A DNA stretch of 64,000 nt, taken from Adineta vaga. Its lineage: Eukaryota; Animalia; Rotifera. Below are positions 25,256 through 37,183 of the stretch, in pieces (the first letter of the stretch is position 1; every line of letters begins with the position of its first letter). The DNA lies in the NCBI GenBank assembly GCA_021613535.1, contig CP075493.1:15252001-15316000 (forward strand), read 5' to 3'. Both the position numbers and the translations under genes were made by a program. Under the pieces are notes generated by a model. The model worked only from the letters and a program-made list of their open reading frames with translations. It did not search any database and was not told where the DNA came from.

Positions 25256-25300
25256 TGAGGGCGTAGGTGTTAGATAGATTTAGTGCCCATATCCACACCC
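25256..25300. repeat. Telomere-like head-to-head palindrome
   Basis: TGAGGGCGTAGGTGTTAGATAGAT...CCCATATCCACACCC. Confidence 0.7.
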
Positions 25301-28080
25301 GGGTAGACCCGGTTCCAACGAATTTTTACGCATTAGGAACTTTTAAAATATTTTTGCTCTTTCTCAATAAAAAGTCACTATAAAAATTCTTAGATATGTA
25401 GGATGCATTAGTCATAGACAAAGGCGACTTAAAAGCAACGCCGTACATCAGAAGAACAATTACAACATTTTAATAAAAAATGTGTTATAAACTTGAGCGT
25501 AATTTAAATCCGGGACCGGATCCGGAAATTGTTGGACCCGACGAGCTCTAGCATACAATCCTTTTTCTCATCCTTACAACATAGATTTGTCCGAAACCAT
25601 TTTGAATACAATTTTCAAAAGGATTTCAAATTCATTGCAAAGTACGAAATTTCTATTTGGTCTCATATAAAACCGTTTCTGTTTTCAGTATATCGCTTTC
25701 TGGTGGTTTATGTGCATTTATATTCGTTGAATGCATTTATGGAAAGTCTTGTTGTATGGCCTTCTTATTAAGGAATGGATAGATTTTGCTTGAATCGAAT
25801 CAAATAACAAAAATTGCATTGAGTCAAATTCGAAGAGTTAGAAGAATGTATTATGATTATTGCACCGTTGGATTCACAATAACTGATCTATTTCGTTTGA
25901 AAAAATAGGCAAACAATTACGTTGAACCACTGTTGTAGAAAGATCTCTGCTCGTCATCCGAACGACACTCGATGATTTTCAATTAATTTACTCGATTTAA
26001 ACAAATTCTCTTGACCTATTCGTAATTGTTGAGTCTGTCATAAGGTTATCACATGCTCAGCAATACAATGTGAAATAATAGATATTTTTTGGAAATCTTG
26101 GAAAATCTGAAAACCGAAGAGAATTCTAAACAATTTTGGAAAATATGAATTAATCTAGAAACTTTAAAAATGGTGTTCATAACGCACATGATCAGTTGTG
26201 AACCGAGAAAATAAACATGTGATATTAAATTATTATCTGAAATTAAAGCTTATTTTCAGTCTGAAAACAAAAATAGAGTATTTATTTATATAACACATCT
26301 GCTGACTAAATTATCCCATCACAATCAGACTAATGTTCTACCTCTAATATAAAAAAGTAATTTGTTAAATCATTGAAGAGGTTTCGTCGGTCTTGCTTTA
26401 AAGTCTTAATTGTTTGATAAAATAAAGTGCTTAATTAGAAAAAAGTAATCTGTAGAGATTATTTTGTCGTTCTGTAGAGTTTAGATAATAATGTACATCA
26501 AAAGAAATTCTCTAATATAATGTCTGTGCCTGTCGTTCAATCTAAAAATAATGACGATGAACGTCATAGTGTTTACGCTTATATGAAAAATGAGATAATT
26601 AGATTTTTAACGGAAATTTGTTTTTCTTGCAACTATCTTGACAGTTTAAGTACTGGTAAGTGAATGTCTCCACTTTTAAACATCGTCTATTGAAATACAT
26701 TCATTATTTTGAAAACGTTTTGTTTTTAAACTGATAGAAAACTAAGTGATCACTTGATTCGATAAATTCACATACATATTTTGAAAGTTACAGTCTCATG
26801 CGTATACATATAGTTTATATTTTCGATATATCTATACCACATTATTGGTTAGTAACATAGTATAGTAATATCCTTTCTACATCTCTTTCAATATCTAATT
26901 CGAATTGACACAAGAATACTCACTGATAACAACGATTTTATAGAATAAACAAATTACAATTAGACATAAAAAATATTTGTTTTCTTATGTTTTTCTGATC
27001 AAAGAAGTAACCACAAATTATCAGAATAACTATCCCTTGTTTTCGGATAGATCTTTTAAAGAACTGATATTTTGTTTCTTTGTAAAGTATAAAATTTAGC
27101 ACTATAGTATTGCTCATTGATAGGAGCGTATCAAAATATCATATCATATGTTAAGAGAGAAAACAAATCGATTCTCATAATACTGCCGTCTTAAGTGATT
27201 TATGTGAAAGAAGTTATCCTATTTTTGTTATTTAAAATAAATCATGGCCATTTTATATATTGAGATAGCATAAAAAGAATTAAATTACGTTGCGTATCAT
27301 TCACAGCCGCAAAGTAAAAGAATTTAATTGTTTCATATATTCGTATATTCCATTTAACATTAGCTGATATAATTAAATATTTGGTGAGTACTTTTATAAA
27401 TGTAAAGTAGATCATGGTTTCGGCTCATCAGTATAGTTCAAAGTATTTTCTTTCTTGATATATTTATAGAGTGATTAAAACTAGTTATATGGTGATAAAA
27501 TATTTTCCAGAAAAACTATCTAATTCATTTCTCATCAACATAGAATCAAGTTGTAATGTCGTCTTATTGTTATATCACATTTTGAAAAATTTATGTGATG
27601 TGTATTTATGTTTGATACTGAGTGATACATATTTGTTAATGAATATCCAAACAGATCATCGATGCTTGCCTCGCAGGCAGACATCAACTATATAATCTTT
27701 GAACGTCACGTAAGTCAATCAAGACAATGGGAATAGAGAGGTCGCTTATCTGCTAATTCTGTTTCATAAAAATTTCCCTAAAATTATACTTTCACAAAAA
27801 GACATAGAATCATTAAAAGTTTTCTGAAGTATATATAATCGGAAAATGATGTTTTGTTCCACTTTGCTCTTCCGAACTCGGCAAAAAAGAAAAATGGTGA
27901 AGTTCAACTAAATAAGCAGATTGTTTGGGATTAAATACTCGCTGATAGTTCATAGTTGACATATTGAGTTACTCAGTGATAAAACTATAGATGTGAATTT
28001 AGAGAACACTGATATCCACACTCTCTAACACTTAAGCAATGAATCAGTAAAATTTTTTCCCTAATTTTGGTATTTTTTTT

Positions 28081-28132
28081 ATGTGAGTGGATGTGAGTAC
28101 CGCACTACTCTATAAATCTACCATCTCAAGAT
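28081..28132. repeat. Decayed telomere-like palindrome
   Basis: ATGTGAGTGGATGTGAGT...CTACCATCTCAAGAT. Confidence 0.45.
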
Positions 28133-28227
28133 ATGGTATCTTCTTATGGAAATCTTTTTCTCAGCAGAATCTATATTAATATTTGTTAATTATAGAATTG
28201 TTTTAATAAAACTTCTTTTTTTTCGTT

Positions 28228-29226
28228 ATGTCGACATTCAATAATACTACCACATCAACAATGGCTCCTTTCATTCCTACTACTCGACCTATTCAATTTA
28301 GTATTTTATTAACATTTGCAATCTTTTCTTTACCATGCTCTATTTTTGTTCTTCACCATTTCTTATCAAAAAAAATTCTTTATCGTGCTGTCAACAATCA
28401 TGTTATTATTCTTTTGCTTATGAGTAATTGTCTTCAAACTCTAACTGATGTTCCAGTGCAGCTCAGTTACTATCTGTTAGGTATAAATTGGCCCCTGACA
28501 CTCAGTTATTGTTATTACTTTTATTTTATTGATTTTTATCTATTTACAACATGCTTTTTACTTTTAAGCTGGTCATCATTTGAACGACATATTTTGATTT
28601 TTCATGGATATGTCTTCAACACACATCGTAAACGTGTAATTTATCATTATATTCCTTTAATATTTTGCATAACTTATCCAATGATTTATTATGTTTACTT
28701 TATATTTTTCTATCCATGTGTGAATTACTATGATGAATATACATCATATTGTGTTCCAGCGTGTTATTTGAGAACAAATGCTGTGATGGCTTTGTATGAA
28801 CAGATTGTTCATGGATTTGCTTTAATGTTTATTATCTTCATTTTCAATGTAATATTATTTGTTCGAGTAGTTCAACACAAAACTCGAATGGGTAGACAAA
28901 TGACATGGAAAAAGAATCGTAAGATGGCAGTGCAATTATTTAGCATGTGTTTTTTGTTTTTCCTAACGAATACCGGTTATTTTGTCGTTCAAATAGGACA
29001 AATGCTATATGATCCAAACTTTGGAGTAAGTTTCAGTCAATGGGCGATTCCAATAGCTATGAGTATGCCTCCACTCTTTCCATTTGTATGTCTTAGTACT
29101 TTGGATGATTTACATGCCAAACTGCAAAAAGTAATTCATTGGCGAAATCGTCGTATCGTAGTACCTATTACAGGCACACAATTACGACAAGTGCCAATGA
29201 CAAATTCGAGACGTCATAATGTCTAG
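28228..29226 (+). CDS. Orphan rhodopsin-like 7TM GPCR
   Basis: Seven hydrophobic segments with NNHVII, WSSFERHILIFH, HYIPL and KNRKMAVQL motifs; intronless. Confidence 0.85.
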   Translation: MSTFNNTTTSTMAPFIPTTRPIQFSILLTFAIFSLPCSIFVLHHFLSKKILYRAVNNHVIILLLMSNCLQTLTDVPVQLSYYLLGINWPLTLSYCYYFYFIDFYLFTTCFLLLSWSSFERHILIFHGYVFNTHRKRVIYHYIPLIFCITYPMIYYVYFIFFYPCVNYYDEYTSYCVPACYLRTNAVMALYEQIVHGFALMFIIFIFNVILFVRVVQHKTRMGRQMTWKKNRKMAVQLFSMCFLFFLTNTGYFVVQIGQMLYDPNFGVSFSQWAIPIAMSMPPLFPFVCLSTLDDLHAKLQKVIHWRNRRIVVPITGTQLRQVPMTNSRRHNV

Positions 29227-29873
29227 AAAATAGTTCTCTCGATGTCTCAATTATGCACACCCTCTTGATCGATGTTGTTTCTGTGATTTTAATGACAATA
29301 TTATTTATTTATATTTCATATGTATAATTAGTTTTCTTGTACATTGCATACATTTAAACTATACTCAGTATTTGCTGTTGTTATTGTTAAGTGTGTCGTT
29401 TATTGTTCGATGTTGCTTACAACAAATAAACATTATTGATTAAATTCTAAAGCTATGAATCGGCGTATAATTTCAAGTTTAAGTATTCAGTTTATTTTCA
29501 CAACAACAATAATAAAATAACAATTACATTTTCTTATCACAAAAATATTAAACTAATATAAAGAGACACTTATTCTATGCTTTTCAAACATAAAAATATC
29601 AATTCTTGATATTGTTTTATATTAATATTCTCGCACATAAGCGAAAAAAAGATATCTTAATATATTCATATAAACAGCATGTAGCTTAGGACTTAATAAA
29701 CAATAGAAAAGAATCCTTAGATTTTGTTAAATAATTTTAGTTTGAAACAGTTAACTCTAACTCATAACTCAATCATCAATTAATCAATCAAGAACATATT
29801 GTATGTGTATTAAAAATTGTTATAATTTTATGCAAAAGCTCTTTTTTAGATGTGAATATATTCGAAGTAGAAA

Positions 29874-30500
29874 ATGTATATGGATTATATTTTCAAGTAT
29901 TACTGTTATTTTGAGCATATTAATGCTGATATGATTGTTGATGAAAACGATGATTCTCTTATCATTTGTGATCTAGGGAACGAACGAGTCAACCAATGGT
30001 CTCCTCGAAATAGTAGTAATATCCAGACTATCATTACAAATATTGTATGTACTGGCCTAGCAGTAGACCGTAACGGAGATGTTTATGTTTCTGACAAATA
30101 GGTACAAAAAGTAAGCCGTTGGAGACAAACAGATATGAGTGAAACAATAGTCGCAGGTGGAAACCGAAGAGGAAGTAATTTAAATCAACTACATTCTACT
30201 AGCCGTATCGCTGTCGATCAAGACCTATCAGTTTATGTAGCTGATGCTAATAATCATCATTTCCTCTGGGAATTATTGTCGATCATTAAGGTAATATTTT
30301 TGTAATTGATACTGAAAACGATCGAATCTTGTATTGGCCGGCAGATGCAAGAAAATGTGTGATTGTAGCCGGTGGTAATGAAAGAGGATATGAAGAAAAA
30401 CAACTCTCTCTCTTCCCAGTGATTTAACATTCGATCAAGAAGGTCATCTCTATGTCTTCGATACATATAACCATCGAGTACACAAAAATTATTCTAATGA
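29874..30500 (+). pseudogene. NHL-repeat protein pseudogene
   Basis: Fragments LIICDLGNERV, GLAVDRNGDVYVSD and VAGGNRRGSNLNQL, with an internal stop and frameshifts. Confidence 0.75.
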
Positions 30501-31126
30501 CTAATGTCAGTTTCGAGTATACCATTTTAAATCAATCTGAGGACCTCCATGAGAGTAAGTCACAGTTTATAGGTCATTTATTCGGTACTAGTCGACCTGC
30601 ATATATAGTAACAACGAATATGTATCGTGGATGAAACTCATAATCGGATCTCTAAAAGAACTGTGATCATTTGGCAAAAGACAGTGTTGAGAATAATATT
30701 GCCATATTTCTTGATTCCACTATGCTCACCAATCAATTAACACCTCGAATTCAATTTATTAATGAAATGAATGCAACATTAAATCAGTTTAAAAAGAGAC
30801 CACCGATTTTATTCGTCACGTTGTGATTCCTGTTGATAGCATAGTAGTTGGCTGTAATTCACTCGAAACAACACTACTCTCGTCTTTAGCTTGTTTCTAT
30901 TCTGAAACATGTGTGAAGTGCTCTTCGAAACCTTTTGAATTTGACCGTATGCGTATGGCAGATTTTATCAATTTAAAAATTACATGACAACGATTTTATA
31001 TGAATAATACTATTGAGACAATGGCATATGAAATGTTTATTGAATCATGGTCAACTAATATCTTCTATTTAAATACCTTCATCAGAAGAAAGTCACACAC
31101 ATTCATACTGATCACTAAATATTATT

Positions 31127-31143
31127 CATATCCACACCCTCAA
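31127..31143 (-). repeat. C-rich arm of telomere-like element
   Basis: CATATCCACACCCTCAA. Confidence 0.6.
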
Positions 31144-31326
31144 ATAAAACTTGACTGTTAAGCAAATTGATCAGTTTGCATATATGATTTTTTTGTGAAT
31201 AATATGTTCTTTATTGATGAAAATAATAAATGAGTTTGCTTTCTTTCAAAAAAGGTTGTAACAGGTGCGAATGAAGAGTAGGTGCTGGTTAAGATGTAAG
31301 ATGAATATGTCATTCATTTATCTAAA

Positions 31327-31899
31327 TTAAATAATTTTAACTTGTTCTAATTTCATAAATATATAACCAGCTGCAATACCAATAAAATATTCTGTCCAAT
31401 AGAATGTTCGAAAAATAGCATTCACAAATATTAACAAAACAATCATATATTTATTGTCGACGAAAAGAGCAGGAGTAAATACTGTTGTTCCATTAGGATT
31501 TTTGTAATTATTATATAAATAAACTATATAAAATACGAAAGATTCCGATAGAAGAAATGTTTGTAATGGTTTTAATATAGATAAAAATAATATCATGAAA
31601 ATACCAAATAATAAACAAATAAAATATTTTTTTCGATCATTCAAATACATATATTCATATTCTAATGATTTAGAATATATCACAAATAAGACTAATTCAT
31701 ACCAATATGATACAGATAATATATCACCAAAATATAAATATGATATTAATCTTGTATATATAGAAGTTGAATTTAGGAAATAAGAATAAATAAAAAATGA
31801 TGACCAAAATGTACTAATAATTCCCGTTATTAAATAAATTGAAAAAAGTCCTTTTGTAATATATGGTAATTCAGAGAACCATTGCTGAATATATATCAT
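31327..31899 (-). CDS. Divergent Derlin/Der1-like membrane protein
   Basis: N-terminus WFSELPYITK resembles the Der1 start. YTRLISYLYFG, YSKSLE and GIAAGYIF resemble Der1 motifs. Multi-TM, 190 aa, intronless. Confidence 0.6.
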   Translation of the reverse strand: MIYIQQWFSELPYITKGLFSIYLITGIISTFWSSFFIYSYFLNSTSIYTRLISYLYFGDILSVSYWYELVLFVIYSKSLEYEYMYLNDRKKYFICLLFGIFMILFLSILKPLQTFLLSESFVFYIVYLYNNYKNPNGTTVFTPALFVDNKYMIVLLIFVNAIFRTFYWTEYFIGIAAGYIFMKLEQVKII

Positions 31900-32557
31900 A
31901 ATACTGAACTATTTTGTAAACGTTTGTAATTTAAACCACCGTTTTATCCAATAATTAATGGTATTTCCTAATACGTAAACAACATGAGTATTCAAAAAAA
32001 TACCTACGTTATATATAGTTGCAATTTGCTTGCTGATGCTTTGTTGTTTTTCTCTTCACACATGAATACGAGCGAAAATCACGCCGTTTACTTCCGAATC
32101 ATTAAACAGAACGTAGAGTAATAACAACTGTAATATAATACAGGACGAAAAAAAATCTATATGCAGCTGTAAGTATTCTTCTTTTCTCTCGCATACTGCC
32201 CTTTCCTTCTCTTTCGTCATCATCCATAGAACAGAGTAGGGCTACGCATGGGATGGGACAATCCCATTCCATGGGATCAAATTTTATTTTCAAGCAATTT
32301 AATCTTAATAATGCCTTCGAACAATTCGTCATTTGTCGTTGAAAGTCCCCCTAATGTACATGAGATTGTAGACTTAACTACAACCACGTCTATACGTTGG
32401 AATATCTTTGGTATTTGGGCTAGAAAAATTCCTGGAACAGAGATATCTATGACGATACAGCGTGGCAGCGGTTGAACTTTTAGAAAATTCTTTTTACTTT
32501 TATCGAAAAAGTCCGTAATACTTGAAGTTATAGTTTTACGATGATTCAAATTAAAAA

Positions 32558-32629
32558 GAGACGTGGGTATGAGTGAAGGTGAGAGTTTCGGTGTCAGTTC
32601 ATGTCCTTCAGCAATACCCATACCCTCAA
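32558..32629. repeat. Telomere-like head-to-head palindrome (decayed)
   Basis: GAGACGTGGGTATGAGTGAAGGTGAGAG...ATACCCATACCCTCAA. Confidence 0.75.
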
Positions 32630-32888
32630 AAAATAACAGTCAATTGTGACAAATGTTACGTGTAGGTAAGTATTCAATCAACAAGAAATAGAATGACATG
32701 TTTTTACTGATATAAACAGAATAGATGTGGTAAACATACGCAAAAAAGAACAACATCGTGTACGTAATGCATCATCAATTAAATAAAAGAACATTTATTT
32801 TGAAAAATATAGTTTCTTTTGATTTTCGCTTTCAAATGGTAAAAATTAGAAAATCATTTCATTGATAGTCTATCATACAATTATCATT

Positions 32889-33509
32889 ATGGCATTGATA
32901 CAACAATCACGTGACGCATTTATGCAAGGTATTGGACTTTTAGCTGCTAGTTTTAATTTAATTGGTGTTAATGCTTCGAATAATCAAATGAATTATCGTC
33001 CAATTGAACAATATTACTGTTCAGAATATCTTCATGATCAAATGGTAATTCGTCAATTTTATGTTTATGAAACTCTTATTCATCATAGTTTTGTTGTTTT
33101 TCAAACTGAGACAGGACAAACATTTAAAGTTCATTTAGTTGCTGATCGTATTCCAGAAGAATATTCACCGATTTATATTGAAATTAAACCTACGTATTGG
33201 AAACCTGATGGAAGACATACAAGACCATCAAATAGAAAAGCAATTGATTTAAAATCTTTTATTTTACAAGAAACACAAAATTTTGGTAATTATGAAGTTG
33301 GAATCAATGATTGTCGACATTTTGCTCGATCAGTAGCAGCATTTTTGACTGATGATACACTTTACGTAATCACACTAATATTTCCTCCATATTCACAGGA
33401 TTCAAATTATCTCTATACATATCCTATTAATAATATATCACAATATCCTATGAATACTTCATGGATTCCAACAAATTATATGTACAATACTTTTATGGCA
33501 CTTCAATAA
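32889..33509 (+). CDS. Putative permuted papain-like (PPPDE/LRAT-type) cysteine hydrolase
   Basis: His in IHHSFVVF precedes Cys in YEVGINDCRHFAR, the permuted NlpC/P60 arrangement. Confidence 0.55.
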   Translation: MALIQQSRDAFMQGIGLLAASFNLIGVNASNNQMNYRPIEQYYCSEYLHDQMVIRQFYVYETLIHHSFVVFQTETGQTFKVHLVADRIPEEYSPIYIEIKPTYWKPDGRHTRPSNRKAIDLKSFILQETQNFGNYEVGINDCRHFARSVAAFLTDDTLYVITLIFPPYSQDSNYLYTYPINNISQYPMNTSWIPTNYMYNTFMALQ

Positions 33510-33531
33510 AGATCAGAATGACTCAAGCAAA

Positions 33532-33582
33532 TTGAGGGTGTGGGTGTCACATTTATCTAAAACCCACACTCACATCCTCAAG
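33532..33582. repeat. Telomere-like head-to-head palindrome
   Basis: TTGAGGGTGTGGGTGT...ACCCACACTCACATCCTCAAG. Confidence 0.9.
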
Positions 33583-33948
33583 TGTCGGGATTAACATCGA
33601 TGCTCTTTATACATAAATATATTTTTCCGATTAATAATCATTCGTACAAGAGAAAATCATGCATTTTCTCTCGACACAAAGTCCCAAGAAATTTCTCGAG
33701 TAAATACATAGTAAGGATTTACCTAGTACAATAGAAGCTTACTATTTTCGTGTCTAATTTACATAAGTTTTAATCGCTATTCTATAGTCAATATAGATCG
33801 TGTTACATATATAAGTTAAAATCACTCTATATGAGTTTAATGGAAGTAAATTATCTTGATAGAATAGTATTTGAAATGAAAATCTTTAAGTAAATATACA
33901 ATCAATACTTTTATATCATCTTCAATCGTCATAATATCATTAGTTCAA

Positions 33949-34326
33949 ATGATGAGTAAAAATTGTCTAATTTCGATAATTATCTACTTGTTTCTTCAGC
34001 ATATATATATGCCGCAAGAATTCCAATTAGATGTAAGTGATATTCATGACAATATAAATATCGATTATTGTATGTTTACTATTTACTCTTGCATAGCTTC
34101 TGGTTCACAAAATAATTCAACATCAAAGATAATAACTATTTCATTGGTTGTTGGAATCCCTGTTTTATTTTGTTTTATAAGTCTTATCTTATATTATATC
34201 CGTCCACGAAAACAGGCAAAAGCTCAATTAATACGTCCAGTACCAATGAATACCATGCAATATCCATTACATAGTGCTTATTACATTCCAGAAAATCCTA
34301 TTCATGTTAACTCTCGAATTCAATAA
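33949..34326 (+). CDS. Small single-pass membrane protein (probable intron about 34033-34096)
   Basis: Hydrophobic N-terminus, GTAAGT...CATAG intron, TM segment IITISLVVGIPVLFCFISLILYYI, then a basic stop-transfer. Confidence 0.5.
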   Translation: MMSKNCLISIIIYLFLQHIYMPQEFQLDVSDIHDNINIDYCMFTIYSCIASGSQNNSTSKIITISLVVGIPVLFCFISLILYYIRPRKQAKAQLIRPVPMNTMQYPLHSAYYIPENPIHVNSRIQ

Positions 34327-34398
34327 AGACATCGTCTATGAATTGAAGAACTATTAAGATTACATATATGTTGACAAAGTTTAACCGAATGACGTTAG

Positions 34399-34453
34399 TT
34401 GGGCATGGGTGTGAGGATGTGGATAAGAGTAACAAGCTTATACCCATACCCTC
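34399..34453. repeat. Telomere-like head-to-head palindrome
   Basis: GGGCATGGGTGTGAGGATGTGGAT...ATACCCATACCCTC. Confidence 0.75.
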
Positions 34454-34481
34454 TGAATATCAGTACTCATTTTTATTTAGA

Positions 34482-35739
34482 CTAAAATGATAATGACATG
34501 AAAAAGTTATTCAAGAAAGAAATAAAAATTAAAAGAGCAAAATAAAAAGAAGTATCAAATGAATATGCGCAGTTCTTAAAAGTTGTTGTAGGAATGAAGT
34601 CGATAATGTTAGGTTCATGGATTATAGTGTTGATCCACTTTATGTAAGATGAAGCACGGGTATAAACTCCAGGCAATTTTGGTAGAGCACATCCTTGACC
34701 ATAACTAACAACACCAACTAATTCCCATTGCTGATTTGAATTAAACATTATTAGTGGACCACCCGAATCACCTTGACATGTATCTGCAATAGATTTTATT
34801 AACTCGAAGTTTGTTTTAGATACAAGGTACGTCAATGGAAATGTAAAGTCAATTTTAGTTTCTTCATACGATATTCGTATGTTTTTAGTGGTGAAATGAA
34901 ACTTAAAAACAAAAACTTCGATATAATTATAATTCATACGGGAAGAAAATAAGCCCACTAAATTCGATTTCTGATAATTTTTGTTCTACATTATAATCTT
35001 GATTTTAGGGTGTGGGTGTGAAAGAAGAAAAGATACACCCACACTCACACCCTCAAAATTGCTTACCTTTTCCACCGTGAGGCATTGTTCCTGCACAAAG
35101 TTGAATAATTGGATCTGTGATTATACTCTCACAGTATGATGTTTGAGCACCTACAGCCTGAATAGTAACTTGTTGTAAAGTATCCGGAAAAGGTCCACCT
35201 GATGATAGAGTTCCCCAACCTGCAGCGAGTAAAGATGTGCCTGCTGGAGGATATTCTCCTACCGTAGAAGTAATATTTGTTAAACAGATTTTGGCCAAAT
35301 TAACATCGGACAGATTCAAAGGAGTCGTTAACTCTAATAAAGCAATATCATTTACGAATCCAGTTATGGTATAGTTCGGGTATAAATAAACTCGAGATAC
35401 TGTTTTTTTTATGCCATCACGGTACTTCAGTGAACCAGCATAAATTGTTAAGTTTGATAGTAAAAGATTGGACTTAAAACAATGAGCTGCTGATAGTACA
35501 AAGGATTCGTGAATGATGGCGCCGCCACATAAATCTTCACCCTGTGGAATTGCTACAGTCCATGATAATGTATTGAAACCAGCATTTTCTCTGCCAACGA
35601 TGCGAATGTTTTTGTTTGTATTAACAGGAAATTGAGAGCAACCGCAAGATGCATGAGGATCACAGGAATACGTAGCCAGATAAACGCTTTGAATGATTGA
35701 AAAAAGGTAGAGAAGACAGAATAACTGACCTGATATCAT
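34482..35739 (-). CDS. Trypsin-like S1 serine protease (exons 35739-35067, 34783-34482)
   Basis: Signal peptide, R-IVG activation site, LSAAHC, NDIALL and spliced [13 protein letters not shown]. The hydrophobic C-tail may be a GPI signal. Confidence 0.92.
35003..35058. repeat. Telomere-like head-to-head palindrome inside the protease intron
   Basis: TTTTAGGGTGTGGGTGTG...CACCCACACTCACACCCTCAAAA. Confidence 0.9.
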
Positions 35740-35986
35740 CTTAAAATAGAGATCTTGTGTAATTATTAATATATATCGAGAAATTTGTCGTTAGTAAGAA
35801 AATCAACTTGCTTGCTCGAGTCCAAAAAAAGATATTCGTTGTTTCTCCATATCAGCACATTGTACTTATTAAAATGCTGTTATCGCGCAAAAAAAATCTC
35901 ACGTCAGAAGCAAATATATCTAAGGTGAGATAAATCATGAATCATCATTACAATGTGATGTATACAATACAAAGTTTCTTGAGCGC

Positions 35987-36028
35987 ATCTTGAGGCAGTG
36001 GGTTAGAAAGAGACCCTCATCGACACCC
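35987..36028. repeat. Telomere-like palindrome (decayed)
   Basis: ATCTTGAGGCAGTGGGTT...ACCCTCATCGACACCC. Confidence 0.6.
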
Positions 36029-36590
36029 GTTCATTCTTATGAGCTTCTGGTCTTCATTTATTTTCTTCTGTTTTGAATGCATCATGTTGGCGATCAACTT
36101 TATGAAAATTTGCTCGTCTTTTATTTTGTAATAAGCGGAACTTATTATCAGTTCTTCTTTCTCTCATTCGCCTAGCAATCTCAGCATTTTTTTGAGATGC
36201 AGATGTTCTTTTTAGCTGCGGCATTCTTTGAACTATAGTTCAAAAATACTAATAAGGTATCTTATTTTATTTTGACCATATTTAGATAAACAATGAAAGA
36301 TTCTTTCGAGACAAATCTTCGTAAAAGATTGGTGAAGATGCACTCGATACGAAGTAAGAAACTTCGAATAGTATAGAATTTGATAATTTGTTGTAATAAA
36401 AATTTAGTTAATATTTCTTTTATTTGTTGAATGAAATCTAGAGCAAATGAAATAAATCATTGATCATGAGTTTTATAACACAAACGATTTTTAATCATTA
36501 TTGGAAAAATATTGGATTAAATTCTCATTTATTTTGTATCGATTATCTTTTATTTGTTTGATAAAAAAAGTAACGAACGTCATATTGATA

Positions 36591-36655
36591 TCTTGAGAGT
36601 GTGGGTGTTAGATAGATATAATACTAACACACCCACACCCACACCACCCTCAAGA
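36591..36655. repeat. Telomere-like head-to-head palindrome
   Basis: TCTTGAGAGTGTGGGTGTTAG...CTAACACACCCACACCCACACCACCCTCAAGA. Confidence 0.95.
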
Positions 36656-37183
36656 ATCGCGAATAATTAGTCCAGCAGTATTTTCATAACAGACGAATAG
36701 TAAAAAGTGAAGATGGAAAAGAAAAAAGAATCCGATGAGACAACCAATAATAAATAAAACATTTTTTGATCGATTAAACCAAGTATTAGGATTTACACGA
36801 CTTAAAACTAAATATCGATCAAAACAAACCAAAACATGTAACGATGCTAAAATATGAAGTGTAAAATAATTGAAAAACAAAGCGAATTTACATGATGCAA
36901 CTGTATATGAAGCAGTTAATGTAAATCCATGAACAATACTAAAATAATTATCTAAAGTCCATCCATATAATCCAAGAAAATCAATCATTGCTATTGCACG
37001 CATATAATGAATCGTTGGACGAACTTGAGTATTTCGAAATTTTGATTGACATAAAATAACAAATGTTAAGAGATTAAATACTGTACCAATGATGACCATT
37101 GATAAGGAATAATATCCTGCAAAAGTTATATCAGTTGAAGATGAATATATATTTGTATTATTTGAATTATTCGTAGTTGCCAT
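36650..37183 (-). pseudogene. GPCR truncated after TM4 at the palindrome
   Basis: TM1-TM4 are present (GTVFNLLTF, CFDRY). The stop TGA is supplied by the element's TCTTGAGG, and no TM5-7 is seen beyond it. Confidence 0.85.

Noticed and set aside
25300-28080. Genes or RNA genes in the long AT-rich interval
   Set aside because: There are only short ORFs without motifs, and no tRNA or rRNA structure was recognised.
30500-31080. Decayed fragment of a large membrane-protein gene
   Set aside because: It is too degraded to assign a family by eye.
32248-32276. ATGGGATGGGACAATCCCATTCCAT hairpin as a member of the telomere-like family
   Set aside because: It has a different repeat unit and lacks the CTTGAGGG terminus; probably an unrelated small repeat remnant.
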